Assembly (NCBI GenBank): GCA_020063565.1
Contig: JAICDB010000001.1
Location: 33,056 to 97,055, forward strand
Origin: Clostridiales bacterium
Lineage (GTDB): Bacteria; Bacillota; DSM-16504; Desulfitibacterales; JAICDB01
Reading direction: 5' to 3'
DNA: 64,000 nucleotides
Under the pieces are notes generated by a model, which was not told the origin of the DNA, ran no database searches, and was given only the letters and a program-made list of their open reading frames with translations. The position numbers and the translations under genes are program-made. Every line of letters begins with the position of its first letter. Position 1 is the first letter of the stretch. Positions 17,292 to 26,618 of this stretch are shown in pieces.

Positions 17292-18596
17292 ATGGCATTA
17301 TTAAGAAACAGTGCTCTACAAGGTACTATTACACCTGAAATGGAGCAAGTAGCTCAAAAGGAGGGAGTTAGCCCGGAATTTATCAGACAGAAGGTTGCAG
17401 AGGGGAAAATTGTCATACTCCGCAATACTAACCACCACAATGTTGTTCCGGTAGCAATAGGTGATGGACTGCAAACCAAGGTAAGTGCCAGCGTTGGTTT
17501 ATACGGCAGAAATACAAGTATCAGTGAAGAGATAGCTAAAATCAAGGTAGCTGCTGAAGCGGGAACCGATGCCATCATGGATTTAAGTGTAAGCGGCGAT
17601 ATCGATACCATGCGCAAAGAAGCACTTGCCGCCACATCCAAACCGCTGGGAACATTACCCTTGTATCAGGCGCTGGCAGAAGCAAGCCAAAAATATGGCT
17701 CATCTTTGAAGATGAAAGTTGAAGACCTTTTTGAAGTTATTGAACGTCAAGCAGCAGATGGAGTAGACTTTCTGGCGCTTCACTGCGGTACTACCATGGA
17801 TGTTATAGAACGTGCCAAAAGGGAAGGTAGAATAGATCCGCTTGTCAGTTACGGGGGATCACACCTTATAGGCTGGATGGTACATAATGGGAAGGAAAAT
17901 CCTCTTTATGAAAATTTCGACAGGGTTTTGGAGATTGCCGCCAAGTATGATGTAACAGTCAGTTTTGCCGATGGTATGAGACCGGGTTGCCTAGCTGATT
18001 CTTTAGACGGTGCCCAGGTTCAAGAGTTGGTGATTCTGGGAGAATTAGTTCAACGTACTAGAGAGGCCGGAGTTCAGGTAATGGTTAAAGGGCCGGGCCA
18101 TGTTCCCCTTGATCAACTTAAGGCAACTATCACGTTACAAAAGAGTCTTTGTAAAGGCGCCCCTTACTTTGTCTTTGGTCCCCTTGTAACGGATACTGCT
18201 GCAGGTTATGACCATATCAGCGCTGCCATCGGGGGAGCAATAAGTTCATGGGCGGGAGCAGAGTTTTTATGCTATGTAACTCCTGCCGAACATATCGGGC
18301 TTCCGGATAAAGATCAGGTACGGCAAGGTGTAGTGGCTGCCCGGATTGCTGCCCATTGTGGTGATCTGGCTAAAGGAATGCCGGAAGCAGTGAAATGGGA
18401 CCTGGAAATGTCACTGGCAAGAAGAGAGCTTGACTGGGAAAAGCAGATTTCACTGGCTATAGATCCTGTTACTACCGAAAGGGTATGGAAAGAGAGAAGT
18501 GGAGATTTTTCATCGAAATGTTCAATGTGCGGACAATATTGTGCAATGGAGATAGTTTCCCAGTATTTGGGTAATGACAAAAAACACGTTTGTTAA
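17292..18596 (+). CDS. bzaA: ThiC-family radical SAM enzyme, 5-hydroxybenzimidazole synthase subunit
   Basis: The ORF was trimmed to ATG 17292, after a GGGAGGGGAAAA RBS and downstream of the terminator. ThiC-like sequence runs throughout, with a C-terminal CSMCGQYC cluster motif. Its context matches the bza operon: cobalamin riboswitch, second ThiC paralogue, cobT, methyltransferases. Confidence 0.8.
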   Translation: MALLRNSALQGTITPEMEQVAQKEGVSPEFIRQKVAEGKIVILRNTNHHNVVPVAIGDGLQTKVSASVGLYGRNTSISEEIAKIKVAAEAGTDAIMDLSVSGDIDTMRKEALAATSKPLGTLPLYQALAEASQKYGSSLKMKVEDLFEVIERQAADGVDFLALHCGTTMDVIERAKREGRIDPLVSYGGSHLIGWMVHNGKENPLYENFDRVLEIAAKYDVTVSFADGMRPGCLADSLDGAQVQELVILGELVQRTREAGVQVMVKGPGHVPLDQLKATITLQKSLCKGAPYFVFGPLVTDTAAGYDHISAAIGGAISSWAGAEFLCYVTPAEHIGLPDKDQVRQGVVAARIAAHCGDLAKGMPEAVKWDLEMSLARRELDWEKQISLAIDPVTTERVWKERSGDFSSKCSMCGQYCAMEIVSQYLGNDKKHVC

Positions 18597-18613
18597 AGGA
18601 AGGGTGATAAATT

Positions 18614-19894
18614 ATGACTCAGGTTTTAGCCGCTCGTGCCGGAAAAATAACTGAAGAGATGGAAATTGTTGCTGCCCAGGAAAATGTGGATGTGGAATTT
18701 ATCAGACAGGGAGTTGCTGAAGGAACAATTGTTATTCCAAAGAATAAAAAACGCGACCGTTCCAAGATTTGCGGCATCGGGAAAGGTTTAGACATTAAGG
18801 TAAACGCTCTAATCGGTACTTCAAGTGACCGGGACCAGATGGAAATGGAAGCCAGAAAGTTAAAAGCTGCAGAAGAGGCAGGCTGTCACTCCTTCATGGA
18901 TTTAAGCACGGGAGGAGACATTGACGGTATGAGAAGGCAAACGCTGTCCCTGGCATCTGTTGCTGTAGGAAGTGTGCCCCTTTACCAGGCCGGAGTTGAA
19001 GCCATTCGAAAAAGAGGAAGCATTGTAGAGATGACACCTGATGATATGTTTGAAACTATAGAAAAACAGGCGGCGGATGGTCTGGATTTTATGGCTATCC
19101 ACAGCGCCTTGAATTTTGATGTTCTCAAAACCCTGCAGAAGACAGGCAGGGTTACCGATGTTGTGAGTCGCGGCGGTTCCTTCATGACAGGTTGGATGTT
19201 TCACAACCAGAAAGAAAATCCGCTTTATGAACAATTTGACCGTTTACTGGCCATTATGAAGGAATACGATGTTGTTCTGAGCGTTGGTGATGCCATTCGC
19301 CCCGGTTCTACTGCCGACTCATTAGATCAGGCACAGTTAAAAGGGTTAATGGTTGCAGGTGAACTGGTAAAAAAAGCTTTAGAAGCAGGGGTACAGGTTA
19401 TGGTAGAAGGCCCGGGGCATGTTCCGTTAAATCACATTGAAACTACCATGCTTCTCCAAAAAAGATTGTGCTACAATGTACCTTACTATATTTTGGGCTT
19501 TTTGGCCACCGATATAGCCCCGGGCTATGACCACATAACCGGTGCCATTGGTGGAGCGTATGCCGGCATGTGCGGGGCGGACTTTTTGTGCTATCTGACT
19601 CCCGCCGAACATTTGGGATTACCCACTGAAGAAGATGTTAGAGCAGGTGTTGTAGCAACAAGGATTGCTGCCCATGCAGCCAATATTTCTAGGAGAAGGC
19701 AGGGGGCTTGGGAAAAGGATCTAGAAATGGCAAAAGCCCGGGTTGCGCTTGACATGGATAGGCAGATTGAACTTGCTTTAAGCTCCGACAAATTACTGGA
19801 AGCAAAAGCTAAAAGTTATGATGTTCATACATGTGCAGTATGCGGGGATAAATGCGCAGCGCAAGTTGCTGCAGAATATTTTGGCATTGCCTAA
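18614..19894 (+). CDS. bzaB: ThiC-family radical SAM enzyme, 5-hydroxybenzimidazole synthase subunit (second paralogue)
   Basis: 426-aa ThiC paralogue with a C-terminal CAVCGDKC motif, located directly between bzaA and cobT. Confidence 0.8.
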   Translation: MTQVLAARAGKITEEMEIVAAQENVDVEFIRQGVAEGTIVIPKNKKRDRSKICGIGKGLDIKVNALIGTSSDRDQMEMEARKLKAAEEAGCHSFMDLSTGGDIDGMRRQTLSLASVAVGSVPLYQAGVEAIRKRGSIVEMTPDDMFETIEKQAADGLDFMAIHSALNFDVLKTLQKTGRVTDVVSRGGSFMTGWMFHNQKENPLYEQFDRLLAIMKEYDVVLSVGDAIRPGSTADSLDQAQLKGLMVAGELVKKALEAGVQVMVEGPGHVPLNHIETTMLLQKRLCYNVPYYILGFLATDIAPGYDHITGAIGGAYAGMCGADFLCYLTPAEHLGLPTEEDVRAGVVATRIAAHAANISRRRQGAWEKDLEMAKARVALDMDRQIELALSSDKLLEAKAKSYDVHTCAVCGDKCAAQVAAEYFGIA

Positions 19895-19966
19895 ACGGGA
19901 GCAGATGGCCCTATTTATGTGCCATGCTCTAGATTTGTATTATTAAGTTGTGAAGGGGGTATCAAA

Positions 19967-21034
19967 ATGGAGTTGAAACTGGAAACAGTAACGAAAGGTA
20001 TTGAGCCGGTAAGTCAGGAATGGCGCATGAAGGCAAGGGACTATTTAAAAAACCTGGCAATTCCCCAGGGAAGCCTGGGGGAACTTCTCAACCTGGCAGA
20101 ACAGCTGGCTGCCATTAAAGAGACTTTAAAGCCCTCCGTCAAAAAGAAAATAGTAGTTACCATGGCCGGAGACCACGGTGTAGTTGAAGAGGGGGTAAGT
20201 GCCTTTCCTCAAGAAGTAACCCCTCAGATGGTAGCCAATTTTGTTGCAGGGGGGGCAGCCATCAATGTACTGTCAGAGGTAGCCGGTACCCGGGTGATTG
20301 TTGTGGATATGGGAGTTGCTGCTGATTTAAGTGAATTGGTTGAAAAAGGAGATATCCTTTCCTATAAGGTTGATTATGGTACCAAAAATATGACCCAAGG
20401 TCCTGCCATGACAAGGGAGCAGGCCAAAAAAGCTCTGGAGGCAGGAATAGAAATTGCCGGCAAACTGGTTGAAGAAGGGGTTGAACTACTTGGAACCGGG
20501 GATATGGGGATCGGAAATACAACTCCGAGCAGTGCAATTCTAGCCGCAATGACGGGATGTTCTGTTCGTGAAGCAACCGGAAGAGGAACAGGACTGGATG
20601 ATGTAGCTTTGGAGAATAAGGTACGTGTTATCCAAAAAGCGCTGGAAGTTAACCAGCCTGATCCGAATGATGCCATGGATGTGCTTGCCAAGGTAGGAGG
20701 GTTTGAAATCGGCGGAATTGCTGGATTGATATTGGGTGCAGCGTATCATAAAGTGCCTGTAGTAGTAGACGGTTTCATATCAACAGCCGGAGCGCTTATT
20801 GCCAGAGGGCTGGCACCAAACTCTGTGGACTATATGATTGCTTCGCACAAATCTGTTGAAGCTGGTCATAAATATATGTGGAAAGAGCTGGGCCTGCGAC
20901 CTTTGCTTGACTTGAATTTCCGCCTGGGAGAAGGAACCGGGGCGGCTGTGGCAATGAATATTGTGGAATCTGCCGCCCAGGTGATAAGTAAAATGCTTAC
21001 CTTTGAGGATGCCGGGGTAAGCAGAAATGTTTAA
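19967..21034 (+). CDS. cobT: Nicotinate-nucleotide:benzimidazole phosphoribosyltransferase
   Basis: The ORF was trimmed to MELKLE after a GAAGGGGG RBS. GDMGIGNTTPSSA and the DGFISTAGAL segments are typical of CobT. Confidence 0.9.
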   Translation: MELKLETVTKGIEPVSQEWRMKARDYLKNLAIPQGSLGELLNLAEQLAAIKETLKPSVKKKIVVTMAGDHGVVEEGVSAFPQEVTPQMVANFVAGGAAINVLSEVAGTRVIVVDMGVAADLSELVEKGDILSYKVDYGTKNMTQGPAMTREQAKKALEAGIEIAGKLVEEGVELLGTGDMGIGNTTPSSAILAAMTGCSVREATGRGTGLDDVALENKVRVIQKALEVNQPDPNDAMDVLAKVGGFEIGGIAGLILGAAYHKVPVVVDGFISTAGALIARGLAPNSVDYMIASHKSVEAGHKYMWKELGLRPLLDLNFRLGEGTGAAVAMNIVESAAQVISKMLTFEDAGVSRNV

Positions 21035-22565
21035 CCATGATCCTCAGGCCTCCGGCCCCCAGTATCTTGAAGACCTGGCTACCGGCTACTGGTTTTCGGA
21101 AGTGCTCTTTACAGCGGTTGAAATGGAGATTTTTACCTTTCTCGATCCTGCCGGCAAAAGTCTTGACGAGATTACAAAAGAACTGAACTGTGATTGTAAA
21201 GCCATGGAGCGTTACCTGCATGCACTTTGTGCCCTGGGACTCCTGACCTGCTACGATAATTTCTTTTACAACACAAAAATCTCTTCAGAATACCTTGTAA
21301 AAGGTAAAGAAGACTACCAGGGGGATTCTATTCTCTGGCGGAAATACCTGGCTTCTTACTGGGGGGATCTCAGGGCTTGCCTTGAAGCAGGCGGAAGGGT
21401 GAAATTTGCCCCACCCGGGGAAGATTCTGAAAGTTTAGTAGCACGTATTCGCAGGTATATTAGTGCAATGGATCGTGTGGCGCGGACAAAGGTTAAGGAA
21501 ATTACCCCCATATTTGCTGGTTTAGCGCTGGAAGGAAATATCCTTGATGTGGGGGCAGGCTCCGGTGCTTTTGCGGCAGGCTTTTTAGAAATTTTCCCAG
21601 AGATGAGGGCTACCCTCATGGATATTCCCGAAGTTCTGGATTATTCCCAGGAGCTAATGAGGGAAAGGGGACTGGCTAACAGAATATCCTTTTGTCAGGC
21701 AAATATCCTGGAACCCTGGCCTGCGGGTAAAGGGCAGTTCGATTTAATTTTACTTTCCAACATCGTCCATGCTTATTCTGAAAGAGAGGTTCCCCATATT
21801 TTAAAAAGTGCTGCGGAGTGTCTGAAACCGGAAGGCTTTTTGCTGGTACATGATTTCTTTTTGGAACATTTTCCGCAAAAAGCTGCCCTTTTTGATTTGA
21901 ATATGTTTATCAACACCTACAACGGCAAGGTTTTTGCGGGGAAATGGATTCGAGAACAAATAAAAAATTATAACTTGTATGCTACTGAGCTGATTCCCTT
22001 GGAGACGGATACAGCTGTTATTATAGCTGCAAAAAATGAGAAAAGTTTGGAAAGCCTTTTAGTGGATCTTACATCTCGTTTGGTTGCCAGGATTAAGGCT
22101 TTAGGATTTCACAAGGTTTGCCCTATTTCGGTAGAAAATATTCATGTTTCTGACTGGACGGATGTACGCTGCCGGTTCGGGTGTGAATACTATGAAAAAC
22201 CCCATTGCCCGCCAAACAGTCCTTCGCCTGAGAAAACAAAAAATATGCTGAAGGATTATACCCGGGCACTTCTTTTGGAAGGGGAACCTCCCACAAGGAA
22301 CTTCCAAAAAATTGTCCTGCAGGCTGAAAAAGAGGCTTTTAAGGCAGGTTTTTATAAAGCTTTTGCTTATTGGGCAGGGCCTTGCTCCCTCTGTGATAAC
22401 TGTGCTACGGATGGTGTATGCAAAAGACCCGGGGATACCAGGCCTTCCATGGAAGGGTCCGGTATCGATGTCTTTGAAACGGTCAGGCGTTCCGGAATAA
22501 ACTTGCGGACGCTTAATTGTAAGGATGACTTTGTCAAGTATTTTGGCCTCGTGCTATTGGAGTGA
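21027..22565 (+). CDS. bzaC: SAM-dependent O-methyltransferase fused to a Cys-rich metal-binding C-terminal domain (BzaC-type)
   Basis: 512-aa ORF. The methyltransferase glycine loop is ILDVGAGSGAF. The C-terminal ~170 aa carry CRFGCEYYEKPHCPP and GPCSLCDNC (DUF2284-like). The gene overlaps the cobT stop. Confidence 0.75.
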   Translation: MFNHDPQASGPQYLEDLATGYWFSEVLFTAVEMEIFTFLDPAGKSLDEITKELNCDCKAMERYLHALCALGLLTCYDNFFYNTKISSEYLVKGKEDYQGDSILWRKYLASYWGDLRACLEAGGRVKFAPPGEDSESLVARIRRYISAMDRVARTKVKEITPIFAGLALEGNILDVGAGSGAFAAGFLEIFPEMRATLMDIPEVLDYSQELMRERGLANRISFCQANILEPWPAGKGQFDLILLSNIVHAYSEREVPHILKSAAECLKPEGFLLVHDFFLEHFPQKAALFDLNMFINTYNGKVFAGKWIREQIKNYNLYATELIPLETDTAVIIAAKNEKSLESLLVDLTSRLVARIKALGFHKVCPISVENIHVSDWTDVRCRFGCEYYEKPHCPPNSPSPEKTKNMLKDYTRALLLEGEPPTRNFQKIVLQAEKEAFKAGFYKAFAYWAGPCSLCDNCATDGVCKRPGDTRPSMEGSGIDVFETVRRSGINLRTLNCKDDFVKYFGLVLLE

Positions 22566-22570
22566 TTATT

Positions 22571-23896
22571 ATGCGTGTTTTACTGGTTCAAGCGCTGTCT
22601 ATGGAGGAAGCGGCTCCCGAAAGGGTTTATCCAATCGGAATTGTCACTCTCGCCACCCATATTCAGGATAAAGGCTATGAGGTGGAAATTTTGGACATGA
22701 ATCTTGCAGCAGACCCCTATGGGGCATTAAAAGAGAAACTTATAAGTTTCCGGCCGGAGGTGGTGGGTTTATCCCTCCGAAACATTGATCCCCTGGCCAA
22801 TAAGACCAGCTCCCTTATACCGCCTTTTGTTGTAGCGGTTCGTATGGTTTCCAAAATCCTACCCGAAGCCTGGATTATTGTAGGAGGTACCGGTTTTTCC
22901 CTTTTCCCGGAAAGAATAATGCTTGAGCTACCTGAAATTCATTATGGAATCGTGGGGGAGGCCGAAATATCCTTCCCGGCCCTGCTTTCTTCCCTGGAGA
23001 ATCCTCCCGCCCTGAAAGGTCTCTGCCTGCGGGAAGGTAACGGGGTAAAAGTTATACCGCCTTCTCAAGAGTTTGATATGACTCATAATTATCTACCTCC
23101 TTCCAGGAATTTGCTGGACCCATCCCCTTACCTGAAAATCAACAGCTATGTTCCGTCTATAGGAATTGAAACAAAGAGGGGATGTCCTTTTCAGTGTGCA
23201 TACTGTGTCTACCCTGACCTCCAGGGGAAAAAGTTGCGCTACCGCCCACCAGCCGGGGTTGTGGACGAGCTGGAGTTTTTACATAAAGAGTATGGTATTG
23301 AGAGATTTCACTTTAATGACCCGGTAGTAAACATCCCCCACGGGCACCTGGAAGCAATTTGTCAGGAAATACACCGCAGGGGGCTGAAAGTCAAGTGGGG
23401 TGGCTTTTTCCGGGAAGATCACCTGAATGAAGATAATGTTGCCCTCTTTGAAAAGGCAGGTTGTGAATGTTTTGCTTTTTCTCCTGACGGTCTCTGCCAG
23501 GAATCACTGGATATACTGGGCAAAAATCTTGCTGAAGGGGACATTTTAAAGGCTGCTGACCTTGTTGCCAAAACTGACGTAATCAGTATCTACCATTTTA
23601 TGGTCAATGTACCCGGTGAGACGGAAAGGACCATCGAGAAGGGGATTCGACTCCTGGAACGTATCTATGAACTGCATAGTAAAAAGAGGAACCTGGGAAC
23701 GGTTATTCTGAATAATATTCGGATTTTACCCGGTACACCTATAGAAACTATTGCCAGGGAAAAAGGGGTTATAGGACCGGAAACGGACCTTTTGTATCCA
23801 ACTTACTATAACCCCAAACCCTTTGATACCTTGAGATACCGTCTGGAAACCCTTCATCTTTGTAAAAACGTATTTATGTGGCAGGGGGTGAAATAG
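22571..23896 (+). CDS. bzaD: B12-binding-domain radical SAM methyltransferase (BzaD-type)
   Basis: The N-terminal B12-binding-like domain is followed by GIETKRGCPFQCAYCVY. ATG 22571 is preferred because GGAG lies at 22558-22561. Confidence 0.7.
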   Translation: MRVLLVQALSMEEAAPERVYPIGIVTLATHIQDKGYEVEILDMNLAADPYGALKEKLISFRPEVVGLSLRNIDPLANKTSSLIPPFVVAVRMVSKILPEAWIIVGGTGFSLFPERIMLELPEIHYGIVGEAEISFPALLSSLENPPALKGLCLREGNGVKVIPPSQEFDMTHNYLPPSRNLLDPSPYLKINSYVPSIGIETKRGCPFQCAYCVYPDLQGKKLRYRPPAGVVDELEFLHKEYGIERFHFNDPVVNIPHGHLEAICQEIHRRGLKVKWGGFFREDHLNEDNVALFEKAGCECFAFSPDGLCQESLDILGKNLAEGDILKAADLVAKTDVISIYHFMVNVPGETERTIEKGIRLLERIYELHSKKRNLGTVILNNIRILPGTPIETIAREKGVIGPETDLLYPTYYNPKPFDTLRYRLETLHLCKNVFMWQGVK

Positions 23897-23900
23897 TAAA

Positions 23901-25403
23901 ATGAAGATACTTTTACTGGAGCACCCGCGGAGCATCAGTGCGGAACGATGTAATGACATAGCCAATGCTCCCCTTTCGGCATGCCTGCTTAGCGGTTATG
24001 CAGCCGGCATGTTGAAGAGTCAGGGATATGAAGTGGAAATTGTGGAAGGTTACCTTGAAAAACTCTCCTATAAAGAAATTCTGGAGCGGGTCAGGACAGT
24101 AAAACCAGATGTTCTGGGAGTTCACATGGTTTATCACTGGAAGAGTGACAGTAAACTTTATGATTTTTTGGAGAATATTAAAAATGAGGGAATTGCCCCG
24201 TATATTACGGCTTATGGTTTTTACCCCACCTTTGCATATCAAGGAATTTTACAAGAATGCCCAGTGATTGATTCCGTTATCCTGGGAGAGCCGGAGCTGA
24301 CTTTTGCCGAGCTGGCTGAGGCACTTTCCTGCCATGCATCCCCGGAGGATGTCAGGGGGCTTGCTTATAGGGATGAACAGGCGAAAATTGTTTACAGCCG
24401 GCGGGAGCTTGTGGAAGATCTGGATAGCCTTCCTTTTCCAGTGCGAACAGATGTCTCGTTCAGTATTGGTGAGGTAAACATTCTGGGAAGCCGGGGATGC
24501 TACGGAGCGTGTACCTTTTGCTATATTAACCCGTTCTACGGCCGGGGTTCCAAATGGCGGGCGCGAAGTCCCGAGAATATTGTTGCCGAGATAGATGAGA
24601 TTATTTCGGAACGTAATATGAGATATTTCTACTTTACAGATCCTAACTTTTTCGGTCCCGGTGGAAGGGGGCAGGAAAGGGCTTTACGCCTGGCTTCACT
24701 TCTCAAATCACGAAACATTCGCTTTGGAATTGAAGCCAGGGTCAATGACATCCATGATCAAACCATTGCTGCACTGGTGGAGGCAGGCCTTCGCCACATT
24801 CTAATTGGTCTGGAGAGCGGCAAGGACGAATCCCTGAAAAGGTTGAATAAAATGACCACAGTAGCCCAGAATGAAAGCGCTCTAAAGATTCTTCGCAAAA
24901 ACGGCATAGAACCGAATATAGGGTTTATAATGTTTGAGCCTGATTCTACTTTGGAGGATATTCGAATTAACTTTGAGTTCCTTAAGAGAAACCACCTTCT
25001 TAAAAATCTTGAGACTACGGTCAACGTGCTTTATCACCACCAGATTATCCTGCAGGGAACTAAAGCTTATAAAATGCTTCAAGAGGAAGGACGTTTGGAA
25101 ATTTCACCCTATTCAATCTATGAGGCAAGTACGGCATATGCTAACTCGCAGGTGGCTACTTTGGCACGGATCATGAGAGATATCACCAACTATATTTTCT
25201 CTCGTCTGGAAGAAATCTGGAACGGAAAGGTAGCGGAACCGGAAGAGGCTTCCGAAAAATATGCTAAAATTAATAGGCTGCTGGTGGAATGGTTCGAAAA
25301 TATATTAACAGATCTAGAAAACGGGAAAAATTTTTCGGATGAAGAAAAAAATGTCTATGTACGTGATGCTGAAAAAGCGATAGATGAAGTGTTAAATTGT
25401 TGA
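23901..25403 (+). CDS. bzaE: B12-binding-domain radical SAM methyltransferase (BzaE-type)
   Basis: 500-aa ORF with an N-terminal B12-binding-like domain and the radical SAM motif GSRGCYGACTFCYI; it is the last methyltransferase of the bza gene order. Confidence 0.7.
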   Translation: MKILLLEHPRSISAERCNDIANAPLSACLLSGYAAGMLKSQGYEVEIVEGYLEKLSYKEILERVRTVKPDVLGVHMVYHWKSDSKLYDFLENIKNEGIAPYITAYGFYPTFAYQGILQECPVIDSVILGEPELTFAELAEALSCHASPEDVRGLAYRDEQAKIVYSRRELVEDLDSLPFPVRTDVSFSIGEVNILGSRGCYGACTFCYINPFYGRGSKWRARSPENIVAEIDEIISERNMRYFYFTDPNFFGPGGRGQERALRLASLLKSRNIRFGIEARVNDIHDQTIAALVEAGLRHILIGLESGKDESLKRLNKMTTVAQNESALKILRKNGIEPNIGFIMFEPDSTLEDIRINFEFLKRNHLLKNLETTVNVLYHHQIILQGTKAYKMLQEEGRLEISPYSIYEASTAYANSQVATLARIMRDITNYIFSRLEEIWNGKVAEPEEASEKYAKINRLLVEWFENILTDLENGKNFSDEEKNVYVRDAEKAIDEVLNC

Positions 25404-25450
25404 TTTACAATATTGAGTTTTATTTTAATACTAGAGGGGAAGCAAAACAT

Positions 25451-25825
25451 ATGCACTCAAAAGTTTTTGTCTACGGTACCTTAATGCAGGGTAGATGCAA
25501 TCACTATTTATTAAAGAATAGTACTTTTATCGGCAAAGGAATGGCAAAAGGGGTAGGTCTATATACAGTAAGCTCTGACTATCCTGGCGCTGTGTTGGAA
25601 AAGGGAGAAACGGTACTCGGTGAAATCTACCAAGTAAATTCCAGTACTTTACAAGCTTTAGATGAACTTGAGGATAATGAAATTCTTTATAAAAGAGAGC
25701 TATTGCCTATTGAATTGGAAAAGGGTGGTAAAATTATAATAGCATGGATTTATCTCTGGTTAGGAAAAATTTCTCCGGATTGCAAAATTCCGTTAAAAGA
25801 ACAGCCCTGGAAAAAAGCTACTTAA
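25451..25825 (+). CDS. Gamma-glutamylcyclotransferase-like (AIG2/GGACT family) protein
   Basis: The ORF was trimmed to MHSKVFVYGTLMQG (YGTL motif) after an AGAGGGGAAG RBS. A conserved Glu sits in VLGEIYQV. The gene starts 48 nt after bzaE with no terminator between. Confidence 0.7.
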   Translation: MHSKVFVYGTLMQGRCNHYLLKNSTFIGKGMAKGVGLYTVSSDYPGAVLEKGETVLGEIYQVNSSTLQALDELEDNEILYKRELLPIELEKGGKIIIAWIYLWLGKISPDCKIPLKEQPWKKAT

Positions 25826-25933
25826 ATAAAAATATATTAAAAGCGCAGGATTTTTTATATTGGGCAAGAAATTAAATCATCAATGGTACAATATAAATAT
25901 AGACAAATTAAATTATATTTTAGGGTGAGTATT

Positions 25934-26614
25934 ATGCAAAAAATTCTTATTGTAGATGATGAAGAAAATATTGTCGAATTAATTGAATATAATCTTAAAA
26001 ATGCTGGATTTAAGACCATATGTGCCATGAATGGCGAAGATGCACTGGAATTAGCAGGCAAGGAAAATCCCGATTTAATAATACTGGATGTAATGATGCC
26101 TTCTATGGATGGTTTTGATGTAGTTCGAGCCTTGAGACGGGAAAGTAAGGTTCCTGTGCTAATGTTAACTGCACGCACTGATGAATTTGATCGCGTTTTG
26201 GGGCTGGAGCTGGGGGCAGATGACTATTTGACAAAGCCATTTAGTATGCGAGAATTGATTGCTCGAGTTAAAGCAATATTACGCAGGACGGAAAAGGAAC
26301 AAAAAGAAGAGAAAAATCAGATCAAAGCAGGTCCAATCTTTATGGATATAGACAGCCATAAAGTTTTTGTTAACGAAGAAGAAATACAACTCACAGCTAA
26401 AGAGTATGAACTTCTTAAGCTTTTTATAACTAATAAAGGACGGGTTTTCACAAGGGAAGAGTTGCTGGACAAGTTATGGGGCTATGATTATTATGGCGAT
26501 ACACGTACCATCGATGTTCATGTCAGGCATCTGAGAGAAAAACTTGAAACTGATTCGAAAAAACCAGAATATATAAAAACTGTCAGAGGAGTAGGTTATA
26601 AATTTGAGGAGTGA
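25934..26614 (+). CDS. phoP: Phosphate-regulon response regulator (OmpR family)
   Basis: MQKILIVDDEENIV, DLIILDVMMPSMDG and the wHTH TRTIDVHVRHLREKL. It is followed by a PhoR-type kinase and pstB-phoU. Confidence 0.8.
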   Translation: MQKILIVDDEENIVELIEYNLKNAGFKTICAMNGEDALELAGKENPDLIILDVMMPSMDGFDVVRALRRESKVPVLMLTARTDEFDRVLGLELGADDYLTKPFSMRELIARVKAILRRTEKEQKEEKNQIKAGPIFMDIDSHKVFVNEEEIQLTAKEYELLKLFITNKGRVFTREELLDKLWGYDYYGDTRTIDVHVRHLREKLETDSKKPEYIKTVRGVGYKFEE

Positions 26615-26618
26615 CATA

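Noticed and set aside
17292-19894. Two adjacent ThiC homologues could be read as duplicated thiamine pyrimidine synthase genes.
   Set aside because: The leader upstream has the cobalamin riboswitch core (B12 box GCCACTG, GGGAATC...GGTGAAAATCC) and not a TPP aptamer. The genes are followed by cobT and three methyltransferases in the bza order, and no thi genes are present.
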